Below are positions 45,301-58,416 of a stretch of DNA of 64,000 nt, piece after piece. The DNA comes from Ascidiella aspersa (lineage: Eukaryota): NCBI GenBank assembly GCA_963924565.1, contig OZ004608.1:18104001-18168000 (forward strand), written 5' to 3'. The notes under the pieces were generated by a model. That model did no database searches, was not told the DNA's origin, and saw only the letters and a list, made by a program, of their open reading frames with translations. The number at the start of each line of letters is the position of its first letter. Within the stretch, counting starts at the first letter, position 1. The translations under genes and the position numbers were made by a program.

Positions 45301-48300
45301 AGCACTTCAAGTGGATTTATGTTCGCCGAATCTCACTTGTGACGTCACAAGCCTTTATCAGTCCAACTGGAGGGCGCCTATTTGTGGCAGGAGTGGCTTT
45401 GTCGCGGAAGTTTGCGTTGCTGTTTATAGCGCCGGCGCTCACTGGTTGCCAACCGGTCGCTCGACGCAAAGAAGGAAAACATTTGTCTCCGTGACGCAAC
45501 ACAAAGCGCGTCGCTCGATCGACTTTGGAAACATCAAGGCTCGGGAAGTGGCGTATTGATTCGGGCGCGGTTTCATCACGCCAATTTTAGACGCACGCGA
45601 GGGAATGCGCAGTCGTGCGTGATCCTACCTTGCTAGACGTGACTCGTCGGCAACTTGTACCAGACGCTGCAATAACACAATGTTCGGTAACTTTTTCGCT
45701 TTGGAAAGCCGTGATGTTTTGAACCTTGCCGAGTGCACCGCAAAATGGAAGATGTTTGCACCGATATCAATTCAGGTCGATGTTCCCATAATTGTTCCGT
45801 GAACCGTTGTTAAACATGACCAAATTTGACCAAACGTGATCTGGCTGATGGTGTTATCGAAGCGCGGATCGGATTGGTTTTTATACAAACGCCAATCACC
45901 CGTTGCTGCAAAACAGCAGTAAGGTCGATTAAGAACCTTTCTCCCGACATCAGCGACCAAAAGTGTACATTTTAATCTATTTTAATACGCCTGGGTTAGC
46001 GTTAAGCAACCAAGAAAATGCCTAAGAAATCCTACCAGCGAACCACTTAACTGCATATTCTATAGAAAGCTTTTCAGGTACATCTATTCTGGTGGCTTTT
46101 GACAAAATCTCATTTTGTATTTGATCGGCCGACGAGTAAAATGAAATCATGGGATTTTAAAATGCCTAATTAAATGTGTAAGTAACATACAACCTGCATA
46201 TTTGCGGCTGCGGTCCATGAATGGCATTTTTTTTTAAGTTCCATGAAAATCCGATTAGCTAAACGTTGTTGTACCCAATGAGTAAGTCCTATCGATCACT
46301 TAGCCTTACACTAGGGCTCTAGGCTTTTCTTGATATAAGTATACGCCTAGATTAATAATTTAAAACTGTATACTGGCGAAAACTTATCTTTACTGTTGTT
46401 TATATTTGACAAAGATAAGTGTAGGCTTTAGTTTAAAGTTCGTTGTTTGAAGTTGCTGGTATTCGGGCCGGATAATCCACGGCTTAGTGCTGTAAGATAT
46501 ATCACGAAATTTGCATCGTTTTGTACAATGAAAAGTCAAATCACATGCATCACTAAAGTTATGGTGGTGTGTTGCACGTTGCGCATTATTCAAAAGTTAC
46601 GAATTTATAACAATAGTGTGTCATATAAAGTCATAACATGATTGTTTATAAGTTTTTGCTTCTATATTGGTAGTAAATAGCACAGAACAACAAGAATACA
46701 AATTAATAAGTAAATAATCATGCAGAGAGCCACTATATACTTTTGTTAATCGACATATTTCCTATTTTCAAAACCAAATATCGCAGTTCGTACAAAGAAA
46801 AGTATCGCGAAAACATATAATATCTTAAGTTGGGAAATTTTCCGTATCCCCGCGCGGATAGCCCACAACAGCACATAAATATAAACTGTCATAAAAGCAC
46901 ATAAAATGACACACTTAACATTTAGAATCGTTGATGACTGCGCTTCAAAAAGTAACCGCTTGGGGTAAAAGAACAGCGATATTTTTTGGGTAGGCTACGC
47001 TATTGCACGGACCGGAATTATTTAGCCTGATAATGAATTGAAAAGCCAAAAAGGCCGAGTAGATCGACATTATCTTGATTTAGACGTTTCAATACGAGCT
47101 CGACCTTTTTGGCTTTGCAATTTTTTTCAACCGGTATTTCTGCTTTGCAATTATTTTCAACCGGTATTTCGAACTATTTTCGACCAATAATTACATTTTT
47201 TTTCGACCAATAATTACACGTCATTGGACAAAAGCAAAATACTTGATACACGATTTTGTTGCGATTTACCGAAAGTATATTGGTTAGATTACATTTTAAC
47301 AAACATATTAAGGATTTTTTCTTTTAATTGCAGCCATTTTAAACTGACGCTTTTGGGTTTGTTTTGATGGTGCATTATACAGGTTACAATCAACATGTTA
47401 CAATAAAAAAAATTCCATGGCAGACGTGCCCTACCGCAACCTAAAGTCCGATGCCAAAATAAAGGTTTGAACTTCCAAAGGGCCGTTTGCCTTGGTTTCT
47501 GTAAGGGCGTCTTCTAACGGTAACTTTTAATCGCCCATCTCGTAAGCAATTGCTCTAATTCACTTCCTCAAATGCTCCGGGCAGGCCATTTACTACTTAT
47601 TAGACCCTGTAATTGCACGTCAGCTTATAGAGGTTTTATCTTTGGAAAGTTCTTGTTTAGTGGTATGTTAAACATTATAATGTACCAGATTTATAAGTAT
47701 ATAAAATATATTATGGTTTACCGAATGGTGGTATAGTGTACATCAAGCTTGCAATTTAAATATATTCACTTTCCGCCAAAATATAGTTAACGAAGCGCAA
47801 GTTCTCCACTAATACAGGTATAGGTTTTTAGTGCCTCTTTTCTGATCGAATTTCAGCGTTGCATGTTTTATATGATTACATTTGAGAATAATAAATGAAA
47901 TACTATAGCCTACGTGGAATCAGCTATATTTGTTTATCTTACGCAAGTCGCAAGTGTTGTAAATGGCAGTATTTTATTTAACTCAAATTAGTGCAATAAA
48001 TTGTTTTCTTAAATACGTGGAGTAAATTTTAATTTTGTCCATCTATTCTAATTTGTCACTGTGAATGGGAATTATTTAAAGCAGTTTTCAGAAGTTGCTT
48101 ACTTTGAGTTTTTTGAAGGCGATGCCAAGCCTCAAATATTTGTTTTTATGGCGTTGGCCGTTTGTAATAGATGAGCGTGGCTTTGTTAGGTTTGCGACCA
48201 GTGTTTAGTTATTGGTCGCACCTCGTTTATCATAATACTGGTAAAACTAACTTTAATCAAATTATATTCGCACTTATAAATGTACGATGGCAAAGCGGTG

Positions 48301-51300
48301 CACTTTGTTCGCATAACCAGCTTAGCAAACATAGATTTGAAATGGCTGTGGTTACAATTAATCCGGAGTCAGCTTTTATCAGGAGTATGTTGCTAAAAAG
48401 TGTCGGAAGATATTTTTTATATTACAACAGTTAGATATAGCTAGCTTCAGTATCCTGACTATTTAATGTCCTAATACGTACGCTACTACAAAGAATGTAG
48501 CACACGTAACAGTTCTTGCGCAACACTTAACAAACGAGAATCAATGGTGTTTTTGTAACCCCAAATTGCGCTAATATTGTTGTGATAACCTATTGCATCT
48601 ACCGTGAGGAAACAATATACCTCAATTTTCTTCCCATTACAAAGCGGGATTATAATCGCTTACAATTTTGAGGGGCTTAATCAAAGCGTGAAATTCGAGT
48701 AAAGCCATATGAGTAGGGAGAACTGGGACCGCATGTTCTTCCATTTAGTTGATGGTTTTACGATCGCGGTTTAGACAACTTAATGCTCGAAACATGAGCA
48801 GCAATTTTACCGTGACTTAAATAATCACCAGGAATCCAAATCAGAAAGGCACTTAACTAAAAACGGCCGATGAACATCGTATGAGTAAAGTGTCACTCAA
48901 ATTCTTAGCTTGATTCAGTCGTTTGTAAACAGTGTTTGTTTTACATCAGTTTCCCCAGTCAATCCTATCACAGTTGTGCATTCAACTGTTACTTTATACG
49001 ATGTTACAATTACACAAAACCTAGAAGACTAGAAATAAATTTCGACATTTCTGCTATTGCAAATATACAAAAAAGACTGATTTTTAAGACAAATTAGTCA
49101 TAAGAGAAAATACACAGTAAACAGCAGTGCAGCGCTGTAGGAAAATAGGTTAACGTTGGGTTTTGAAAAGCTATATTTTATTGCTTAACCCCAATCGGTC
49201 TTATTAAGTCATTTTAATTGTTACACCAACACTGTGTAGAACGCTTAAGTTGTTCAGTTTGCGACACTCTAATGCAAAGTTCCTCAACTGGTGGGTAGTT
49301 CCAGTAGGGAACGTTACCTTTCGTAATTATGTAGGGTTATCTTATTAATGTAGGGTTTTTATCATCATTGTTCATAATAATGGCTCAAAAAATTTTTTTT
49401 CATCTATTTTTTTAGGACAAGCGCCATCCACTGCTGTTTTATGCACATTTCGTTTTGCCTAACCCAGTGGTTCTAACTCCTTTGGAAAAGTTTGATGGAC
49501 TTATTTCCGACGAATCCAGTGAGGGGAATATCTATGTCTGCCTTTTTTTTACAAAAATAATGTCGAGTGCACATGTCAGGAGTTAATAATATTTGAAAGC
49601 ATTTTATTACTGCAATTAGTACGAAACGGAATCAATGTGCGACGCCCTTAAAACGTTGAAACGGCTCACAGTTTATAAACTTCTCTCCTAACCTGCCTTG
49701 TAGCTAAACAAAAGTGACAGCTGTAGGGTTAATTCCACAACTTGTTTCAAATCATCTTGATGCTTTCACCCAATTATATCACTACTCATTTTTTTCTTAC
49801 TACGTCATGTGCCGAATCAATACAGTGTACTGTAACCGGAAATACTTTCTTGCTTCTTATTTCCAGAAGTAGTAAAATTAACGTTAGAAACACTAATGCA
49901 GACAGAGTAAGATCGTATGTGTAATAATTTAATTTTTCCTAAAAGCTTTCCGAAACATCAATAACAGTTTTTTTTTTTTAAATGATTGTTTCTATTTAAA
50001 AATCTAAATTTAAACCAAAATCACATTTAAGTTGGATGATATAAGTATAAACGCACAATTAGTTGGAAGTTTGACCATACGCAAAATACATATGCGTATT
50101 GGTGCAAGTTATGAGAAGAAACTACTTTAATCCCTAGTATTTTTCGCGTGTGTTGACATAACGATTTATGACTAAATTAGTCTTCATTGCCTGTCACCAT
50201 ACGTCATATGTGTCTCTCTATTCCTTTCATCGACAGCCTAGTTTTTCACGAAAACTATGTGATAATAAGAGTTATTTTAAGTAGTGATATGTGGCCACGG
50301 GTAAAAAATGGTTGAAAACCACTCTACTAATGTAAAGGGTGCATTGAAATCCCACATACCTCTTTGCAGTACAAAATCGCTATTTGCTAAAATTAATTAC
50401 AAGTTTCGCAATTGGAAACCTTTAGGGCTGGTTCTCCGCAGCACACAGTTTGAGAACCATTACTTCTGTACTTCCGTAGGGGTGCGCTAGCTGTACTACA
50501 ATATTTAACTTTTGATGGTGATTTTAATGATTCCATGTGACGCTTCGCGTTAATGTCCTATGCTTTATCTTTAAATTTAAGTTGTGTAGTTAAGTAAATG
50601 CAAAATGGGTTCATGATGTTGATAGTTGCACATTTTTAAGCTTTTGATTCGTTTCTAGGTGTTTGGGTCCCTTGCTTATAGTCAGGATAATTTGGTACAA
50701 TTTTTTTTGTTCATGTTTGTAGCTAAAAACAAGTAAACAAATCAGATCCGCGTTAATTGTGACGTATTAAATGTTTTTCTGTAAATTACTTTGCCTACTA
50801 ATGGGTTTTCATCATTTGTGCTGTGTATGTTTTTTTATCTCACGTATAGAATTAAAAGTCTACTCAGGAAAATCAAATTGAAAAAAACTTTAGAAGGATG
50901 CTGAGTGGAGTGTTCATCTTACCGAAATGCATTTTTGGGGATTTTTTGTGCAGATACCGTTGTGGTAATTTTTGTGCAGATACCGTTGTGGGATCAATGG
51001 GCCTCACAAATTGACAAAATCATCTTGATAAACAAATGAGCGAATAATTCGCGATTCTTGATTGTGTGCTAAAGACATCACGTATCCTATTTTGCTAAAT
51101 TGGACGTTTTGTCAATTTAACCCAAACAATCGTTTATTTTTTTGCGCGATCGCTTTGTTGCCATATCCTTAAACGTATATAAACCCGATTGCAGTTATAT
51201 TTTTGCGCACTACAAAAAATATTTGCGCTGTTGAAAATTTTCTTTTGGGAAACACTGAAGGGCCCTATACCCACTTTTACCGGCCATGTATTGAACACAT

Positions 51301-51871
51301 GGCCTTTTCAACTGACTATACTCCCGCATATTTTGGCGATTCCCACATAATTTAATCCACTTCATGTGGCTCTTGATTTAACTACTGAATTTGAAACACG
51401 GCTCGCAAGCTGAGAAGGTTGCCAACCCACCTATAGGCTATATGGCATAGGTAAGCGGTATGGAATTTGCAAATCTTTCAAGTGGTTAAACTTTGGAGAT
51501 AGTAGATAGGCCTACCGGAAACCATGAGTAAATATATGTTCGTCATTCAGGTAAAACTGAATCATCCGGATATGTACTACGCTACATGACATGCTACAGC
51601 GCATATTGAAGACTATGCGCTGGCTAAAATAAGCTTGTCAACCATATAACCAGTTTAGAAGTATTTATCAGGAAATGCTTAATTTTATTGAAATGTCTAC
51701 TGTGTATAAAACTGCACGGCCACCGATGATCTAGTACTGATTGGTGGTTATAGGTCAAATTAATAAAGTTTTACACACCAAAAACAAAAACTATTCAAGT
51801 TTTACAACTTTGTGTATTTCTGCTGTAACAATTACGCCAATAACCTCTGTATAACATTCTAGAACTCATCA

Positions 51872-52045
51872 ATGGAATATAACTCAAGGCAGACACACCG
51901 GCTTGTGGATATCAAGAAACCAGCGTATCTCTCTGAATATGTTGAAAAATATGGGAATGGAGAAGATTTAAGCTTGACTCATAAAAGTTCCTCCATGACA
52001 AGCGTAGATGATCCAACGAAACTAAATCGCCGCACTTTAAATTTG
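51872..52045 (+). CDS. Candidate upstream coding exon of the ankyrin/TRPA-like gene
   Basis: ctag| acceptor 9 nt before ATG, 58 open codons (MEYNSRQ...RRTLNL), TTG|gttagt donor. The link to exon 58417 (phase 2) needs an intervening exon that I could not fix; 57151-~57241 is a candidate. Confidence 0.35.
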
Positions 52046-54051
52046 GTTAGTGTCTGATTTTATATATAGAAACTATAATGCAAATTAGGCTTTGACTGCT
52101 CATAACATGTTGAGTGGCAATAAGTGTTATGTCATCGCATTAATCATTTCTGTAATAAACCAAGTAATTCTACTTTCATCCGGTATTTAGGAAATAATAC
52201 TGAAAAAAACCTGAAGTACAAACGTATTTTTTCGTTTAACTTATAGCATTTGTTAATACTTGGGATTTCATCCCTGAGTTATTTAAAACAAACCAGCATT
52301 TATTATTATCTAGATTAGTGTTTTTCAAACATTGGCAGCTTGCGGCACAGTATCAAATTTAACGGTAATGGATTAGATCAGGGGTGAGCAACTATTTTTT
52401 ACCTCGGGCTCCATGAGAAACGAAATATGTTGTAGCGGGCCGGATTAAAAATAGGTTCTCAAATACGCGCAATATGAAGTCATACTGTGACGCAATAAAA
52501 CAAATAAGCTAAAAACCTGTTATTACGTTAGGAGTTGTGCGCAAATGCGCAACTGAAGTCGAATTTAAAGAAAAGGCGACAGGGCGTTGCGGGAAGCGCT
52601 ACAAAATTGCGGCTATTTGTTTAAAACGTAAATTTAAATTTAGAGAGGGACATGACGCACTGAGCACAGTAAACATATATGTAGGCTACAGTGCTCTATA
52701 TATTGGCATTTATCAAGTTATGGGAAGCGTTGACCTAAAATGAAGGTAAAATACGTAAAAAAATTCCCACAAAAAAAATACAAGAAAATTACAATGCTTT
52801 TTTATGCATTCTGAGAGGCTTTCAGTTGCCAATGTGTTACTTGTGTTACCGTGACCATATGGGAAATACTGTAGAAATCGGAAGAAACACAAAACAAGGA
52901 ATTAGCTAAATCAGTTTAACAAAATGTGAATCGGGATGTTTTAGAGATTGGAAAACGGACGTTATACTAATTTTGGTCCATATTATAAAGAAAAAGACGG
53001 AATACATTCGACCGAAGCCAAAAAATCCACTTTAAAATATTAGGCTTTAGCGTAACAATCAGGTTTGAAAAAACTTTCTTATGAGAGAGTGCCGCGGTAC
53101 AGAGGACATCGTTTGCCTGTAAAAACGCGTGGAACATACGAGAAAGACAGATACTTCACCCAAAGCGTGAAAATAAACTTCCATGTTAGTCTATAAAAGA
53201 GGCTAAAATTAGACTTTTGGAGGTGTCATGATTAGATTAGTCCCTGGAAAGAGTGTTTATGATGCAACCAAAGATGTAGAAACTTGAATTTACTTAGCCT
53301 ATGTATTTCAAGGAAAAAGAGCCGCGTTTTTGGCAGGATTGTTAACTTGTGTTCAATTGACACCAAGACAATCATGCGGCGGACCCGACTTTTTATAGGT
53401 ACTTGCCTTCTTTAGTCTACAGCAATTTTTTTCTTGTAATAAAAGGGTCAATGTAATGAGGTTTTAAACCTCTTCCATTAAATTAACTAATTTTATATTT
53501 TCTTTGCCAAACATGATGCAGTTGAAACATGCTTTTATCCCTATCGCAACTGTACGCTTGGCTATTCCTTCGAATTATGTTTATAACGGCTGTGCTGCAG
53601 TCGCATTAATCTAAAATACTTTTTAAATTACTTCCTCTTTGTTTACCGTCTAATGGTGTTTTTTATGTTCTAAATAGTAGGTTAATGCCTTATTTTTACT
53701 AGTATCGATTCTGCCAAAGTTGTTTAGGTTTAGGAGAAAGGATTGTTTGCTTTCCACTAATGAATAGCCTAAATCGTGTTATAAGTGCGCTGAAATACTG
53801 ACAGTAATACTGACAAAAAAAAAATTTGTGGCGAAAGAACTAGGTTTAACCAAATATTAGGTGCAGAATAACGCTTTCCTTCCTAAGCTATACTAAGGCC
53901 GACAAGTAAGAAAATGGGAAATGGCTATATTTAGTTAGGACACCAGAAGTGTAGGCATTGAAACATATTATAGTTTTAAACATTTTCATTTGAATTGGTT
54001 AAACGTGTCAATGATATGGACTGTGTGACGTCGCCCACTATAGCCATAGAG

Positions 54052-54581
54052 CAGTGGTTCTAATCTGTTTTGTTCTCACGACACACATTTAGTTTTCTGA
54101 AACTTGTGCGATCCATATTTGGTATATTACAAATACCCAGAGTCATTAGAATCACATTCTAATACAGTAGGAATCGTCTGTAGGAGTGTTGTCAAAGTTT
54201 TTTCAGCTGCGTATAGCCTTTTCAATTAATTATCTGCGTGTGTGACGTACCCCTTAAAATAATTAATGTTTTTAACTTATTGGCGCATGAGAGCCGAATA
54301 TCCCTAGATATTTCTGGCTTACAACCAGAACGGCAGTGGATAAACTTAAGTTTGCTAGTTGCGATCACTAGCGTCACAAGAAATACAAAATCTTGTGTGT
54401 TACGTTCAAACTATACTTATTCCGAAGGGTGCAAAAAATATTTCTTGATCTCCACATAAACGTTAGCAACGATTTCTATGAATCAGGGTTGCGGAAAATA
54501 TTTTGCCAGTAATTTGTAGGGTACGCGTACCCCACTTTAAGGACCCCTGGGGGTAAGTACACTCCAGTTTGAAAACCCTTG
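54052..54581. mobile_element. Degenerate hAT MITE
   Basis: CAGTGGTTCTAATC ... GTTTGAAAACCCTTG termini with the GGGTAC/GTACCC subterminal palindromes seen in other copies (e.g. 57370-57442). Confidence 0.5.
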
Positions 54582-55132
54582 GCCTATAGTTGACTTCGGC
54601 TATAGTGACAGCTTACCTATATAGCCATGATTTGCCCTTTAAACTTTAGCCATGATTTGTCTTTGAACTTAAACGGTGAACTAAAAAAACGGGAGGAAAC
54701 TAGTATTCTTAACCCTAAAGCAAATTCTGGACTTATGACCTGGAAATATTATCATTTATTTACTTGTTTAATCATAGTAATAACGTAATTTGACCTCGAT
54801 TTTTATCGCAATATTTTTATATTAATATCTAGGAGTGGATTCAGGCCATGCCCCTCCAAAAAAACTGTATTTCTTGCCTATTTCACCTATACGTAAATAC
54901 AATTTTTTGTGAATTTGGTTGGCGTTTCTTAAATATTTTGATGTATTTTGAGAAATTTGTTTTAGCCCATATGCGTTGTGCGTCTTATTACACCATCGAA
55001 AAAATAAATATAAAGGCGTTGTTTCGCATTGCCCGAATCGATAACATCTTTGTAATATAGCGTTTGTATTAAAAGTAACCGCTCTCCAACCTAAAACTTT
55101 AACAAATGAACGAACTGTGTAGTGTTTTAAAT

Positions 55133-55482
55133 CAGTGCTCTTCAACATTTTTTGGCTTGGTGAACCCTTAAAATTGTTATGACGAACTCATGCACCCTGT
55201 TTGCTTAAAAGGTAAACTAAGGTAAAAAGCAATATGAAAAATCATAATGCATATCAATATCATTATGTCAATTAAACCGAGCGGAGCTGTCGCATCAACA
55301 TTTTAAGTAAACACAGAGGTTCATTTATACATCAACTAAAACCAACATTTTTTCTAATATACTGAATGTCAAATATTAATGGTTTATTAAAAGTTTATGA
55401 TGCACCCTTGTATACCTTTTCGTACTGATACACCCCATGCATATTTTGGTGGTGCACCGTGCACACCGGTTGAAGAGCACTG
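55133..55482. mobile_element. hAT MITE, 350 bp, nested in an older element
   Basis: Perfect TIR CAGTGCTCTTCAAC; TSD ttttaaat/ttctaaat. Confidence 0.88.
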
Positions 55483-55525
55483 TTCTAAATTACTTCTTCA
55501 TGAAGTCTAGTTTAGATTAACTTTG

Positions 55526-55585
55526 TGACGTCAAATTTTGACGTAAGTTTGTGACGTCACGTTATGACGTAACTTTGCGACGTCA
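55526..55585. repeat. 13-bp-periodic array of five CRE-like octamers
   Basis: TGACGTCA 55526, TGACGTAA 55539, TGACGTCA 55552, TGACGTAA 55565, CGACGTCA 55578. Confidence 0.85.
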
Positions 55586-56418
55586 TCAATTGAAAAATGC
55601 AAGCCCCCAAAAAATATCCTGGATCCACGCCTGTCGGTATCTGAATAAACTGTCAACAATCAGACAACCCTACTTTAGTTTGTGATACAATATTATCGTC
55701 TTTGTGCAACAAGATGGTAAAAAAGGTTTATGGACATTGACCAGGCTTCATAATTGAGATGCAAGACAAAGCGTATAGGCTGATGTGGCTACGAGACAAT
55801 AGTTCCAAACTTACAAGACTTTTGTTCTTGCTGACCACTTAGGAATGACAAAAAGTTCCGGTAAGCAAAAATTTGACTCATTGTTGCATCACAAATCACC
55901 ACAGGCCGGGCCTCCCTAAACTATACTTTTACTAAAGTTTAACTATGGAAATACTTTTTTTTCGCGCGTAGCGCGAACTTTTATTCGTTTTACTATCTAT
56001 TTAACCAAAGATGATATGCGTACAGTTCAATCTATGTTAAATTAGACTATAAATGCCGTTATTTCGAGAAATATTAGAATCTATTTAATGTGCCGCATGC
56101 GTCACATATCCGTTTAATTAAAGTTTTACCAATAAAAGGGTACGACATGACGCATGAGGCACATAAAAGACTTTCGGGTATTGTTAAAAATAACACTTTG
56201 TAGTATTTATTCGTCATGTCACGTGGCGCACAACTACATAAAAAACAATTATAAATATCTCGATAAATAGCAACGTGTTATTTTTAAGATCGATTAACAG
56301 TATCGTTAACTCAGAGTTTCCTTTGCGGATGCAATAAAACTGCTTTGCGGACTCCTCAGATACCGCGGACCCCAGGTTGAGAACCACCGGTTTAGAGCGT
56401 AACATAATTAAATTAAGA

Positions 56419-56728
56419 TAGGGGGTAAGGGTGTCCGATACTTGATATTTCATTCCAATGCGCGATATTGTGGACAAAAAGTTTCCCGATTCAATACCAA
56501 TACACGTAATTACTATAGTCAAAAAGCAAATTGATCAAATAGATAAGTTAAACGGTAATGATTTTCAGGATATTAAACTTAAGTTTTAAATGCGATAAGA
56601 AGCCTATTTATCTACTATTGTTAATGTAATTGTTTCAGCAATTTAGGTTTCAAAGACGAAAAGTTAAATTAGGTCGCAGAACAAGGCTGTATTGCACTAA
56701 ATGATTTGGTATCGGATCGACACCCCTA
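56419..56728. mobile_element. Degenerate TAGGG-terminal MITE related to 20505-20906
   Basis: TAGGGGT..GTGTCCGATAC and GTATCGGATCGACACCCCTA ends. Confidence 0.45.
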
Positions 56729-58416
56729 GTATTGAGCGACTACTACCACTTCGGATATCGGCTTCGATCTGATATTATCGGACATCTCTAGATCACAGGC
56801 AAAATATGTGTATCCGGATTAGGACCAGGGGTAGGTAGAATAATTTTCTCACCTGAACGTATGGAGGTTTTCAAAAATGACGTTATATTGAGTATTGTTA
56901 CGCCATAAAACAGCAACATCAGCAAACCTGTTGTTCTCGGTCGTTCTTGTGACAACAAAGCAGTTGCGCGTGCGAACATACGATTATTGCAGATTTAGGT
57001 GATATTAAGCAGGAAAAGACATATTCACCACGAGCTGACCGTAGCAGATCAATAAATCTCCATTTGCTCCTTAGACTGTTACATTTGCACTATTTGGAAA
57101 TATTTAACTGCATTGACTGGATCTTAAAAAAAGTGTTTGTTTTCGTATAGGCCGTTGCCAACGCTAGTCGAGTATCCGTGGTTTATTGGGTTAAATTGAC
57201 GAAAAATATTTTAACTCAAGCACATAAACCAAGTGGAAAGCGTAAAGTGCAAAAAGTACATATATAAGACGTTCAAGAGGTTCGCGTGAAGAAAATCGGT
57301 AACGTTTATCGCAAAACCGTAATTTTTTCTTTTTAAAAAATAATTCTATTTTAAATTATACACTAAGATCCCAGTAAGCCTGCATGGACCCTTTAAAACT
57401 AGACCCCTAAGGGGTCCATGTACCCCAGTTTAATAACCCCTGTTTACACAATCGCGTGTCTTTAATTGGACAAAGGTGTTGAACATTAATTGCTGTCTTT
57501 TTCGCTTGTAATTTGCAATTATCCTATTTCCTGTTTTGATAACATGCTAAATCTTGTTAATTTTCTACAATTCTTTTTACCTTGTATTTTAACTAACCGT
57601 TTGCTCGACAATTTTTAAAAATGACCAGCGTCTTGTTTTCCTTTGGCGTTTTATAATTGCCTGTCTTTTTGATATGCCAAAAATATGAACATTTTCAAGA
57701 GTCTTGAATAAACACAAAAAAATCTGTATGCTGCATAGGGGGTATGTACAGTATGCCATGTTGACACGATTAAACAACAGAAGAATAATCTAGCAAAGCT
57801 AGCCTAATTCGAATTAAAACGATGCTAACAATGCCTTGGCTGGCGAAATATATATATATATATATTTATAGGCCTATATATATATTAAGATCTTTTAATA
57901 GTGCGTCTGACCTGAATTGCTAGTTTGCTAGAGTAGTCTGCTGTTACTAATCAGAAATTTAGATTGACATTTATCTTGCACGGGTCAAGGTTATTTCCAA
58001 CCTATTCAGTGCAGCAATGTTGACACATTTTTTTTATAAATTGCTGTATTTTACATGAACCTAGGACATTGCGAGGCAGTATTCGGCCACTACTGCGAAA
58101 AGGGACACTGAAAAGGTGAGAATGCGTGATATTTGCATTGTGAGAACTGATTCCGCTACAAACATATAGTGTTCTATATGTTTGTTGCTGTAAAGACCTT
58201 AGCATATTTCGAACTACGCATTATAGTGACATATTTTCTTCGTATTGTGAACTGGGCTGTTTTTTCGTCTTTCTACTAACTTAAATCAACATTTACCTTC
58301 TTTTATGTTTCTCGTTGTGCTTGAGCGCCTATTTATAGGCGTCCAGTCATTCGTAAGTTTAAAGTGTGGATAGGGTTTACACAATAGTCACGTTTAAATA
58401 AATTCAAAAGTTATAG

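Larger units (their letters stand above)
54830..55633. mobile_element. Older TIR element hosting the 55133-55482 MITE
   Basis: Left TAGGAGTGGATTCAGG vs reverse complement of right end CAGGCGTGGATCCAGG (3 mismatches). Related termini at ~4517 and ~22450. TSD not resolved. Confidence 0.5.

Noticed and set aside
55714-55860. Exon-like segment ending in G|gtaagc as part of the ankyrin gene
   Set aside because: Stops in the frames tested from the plausible acceptors.
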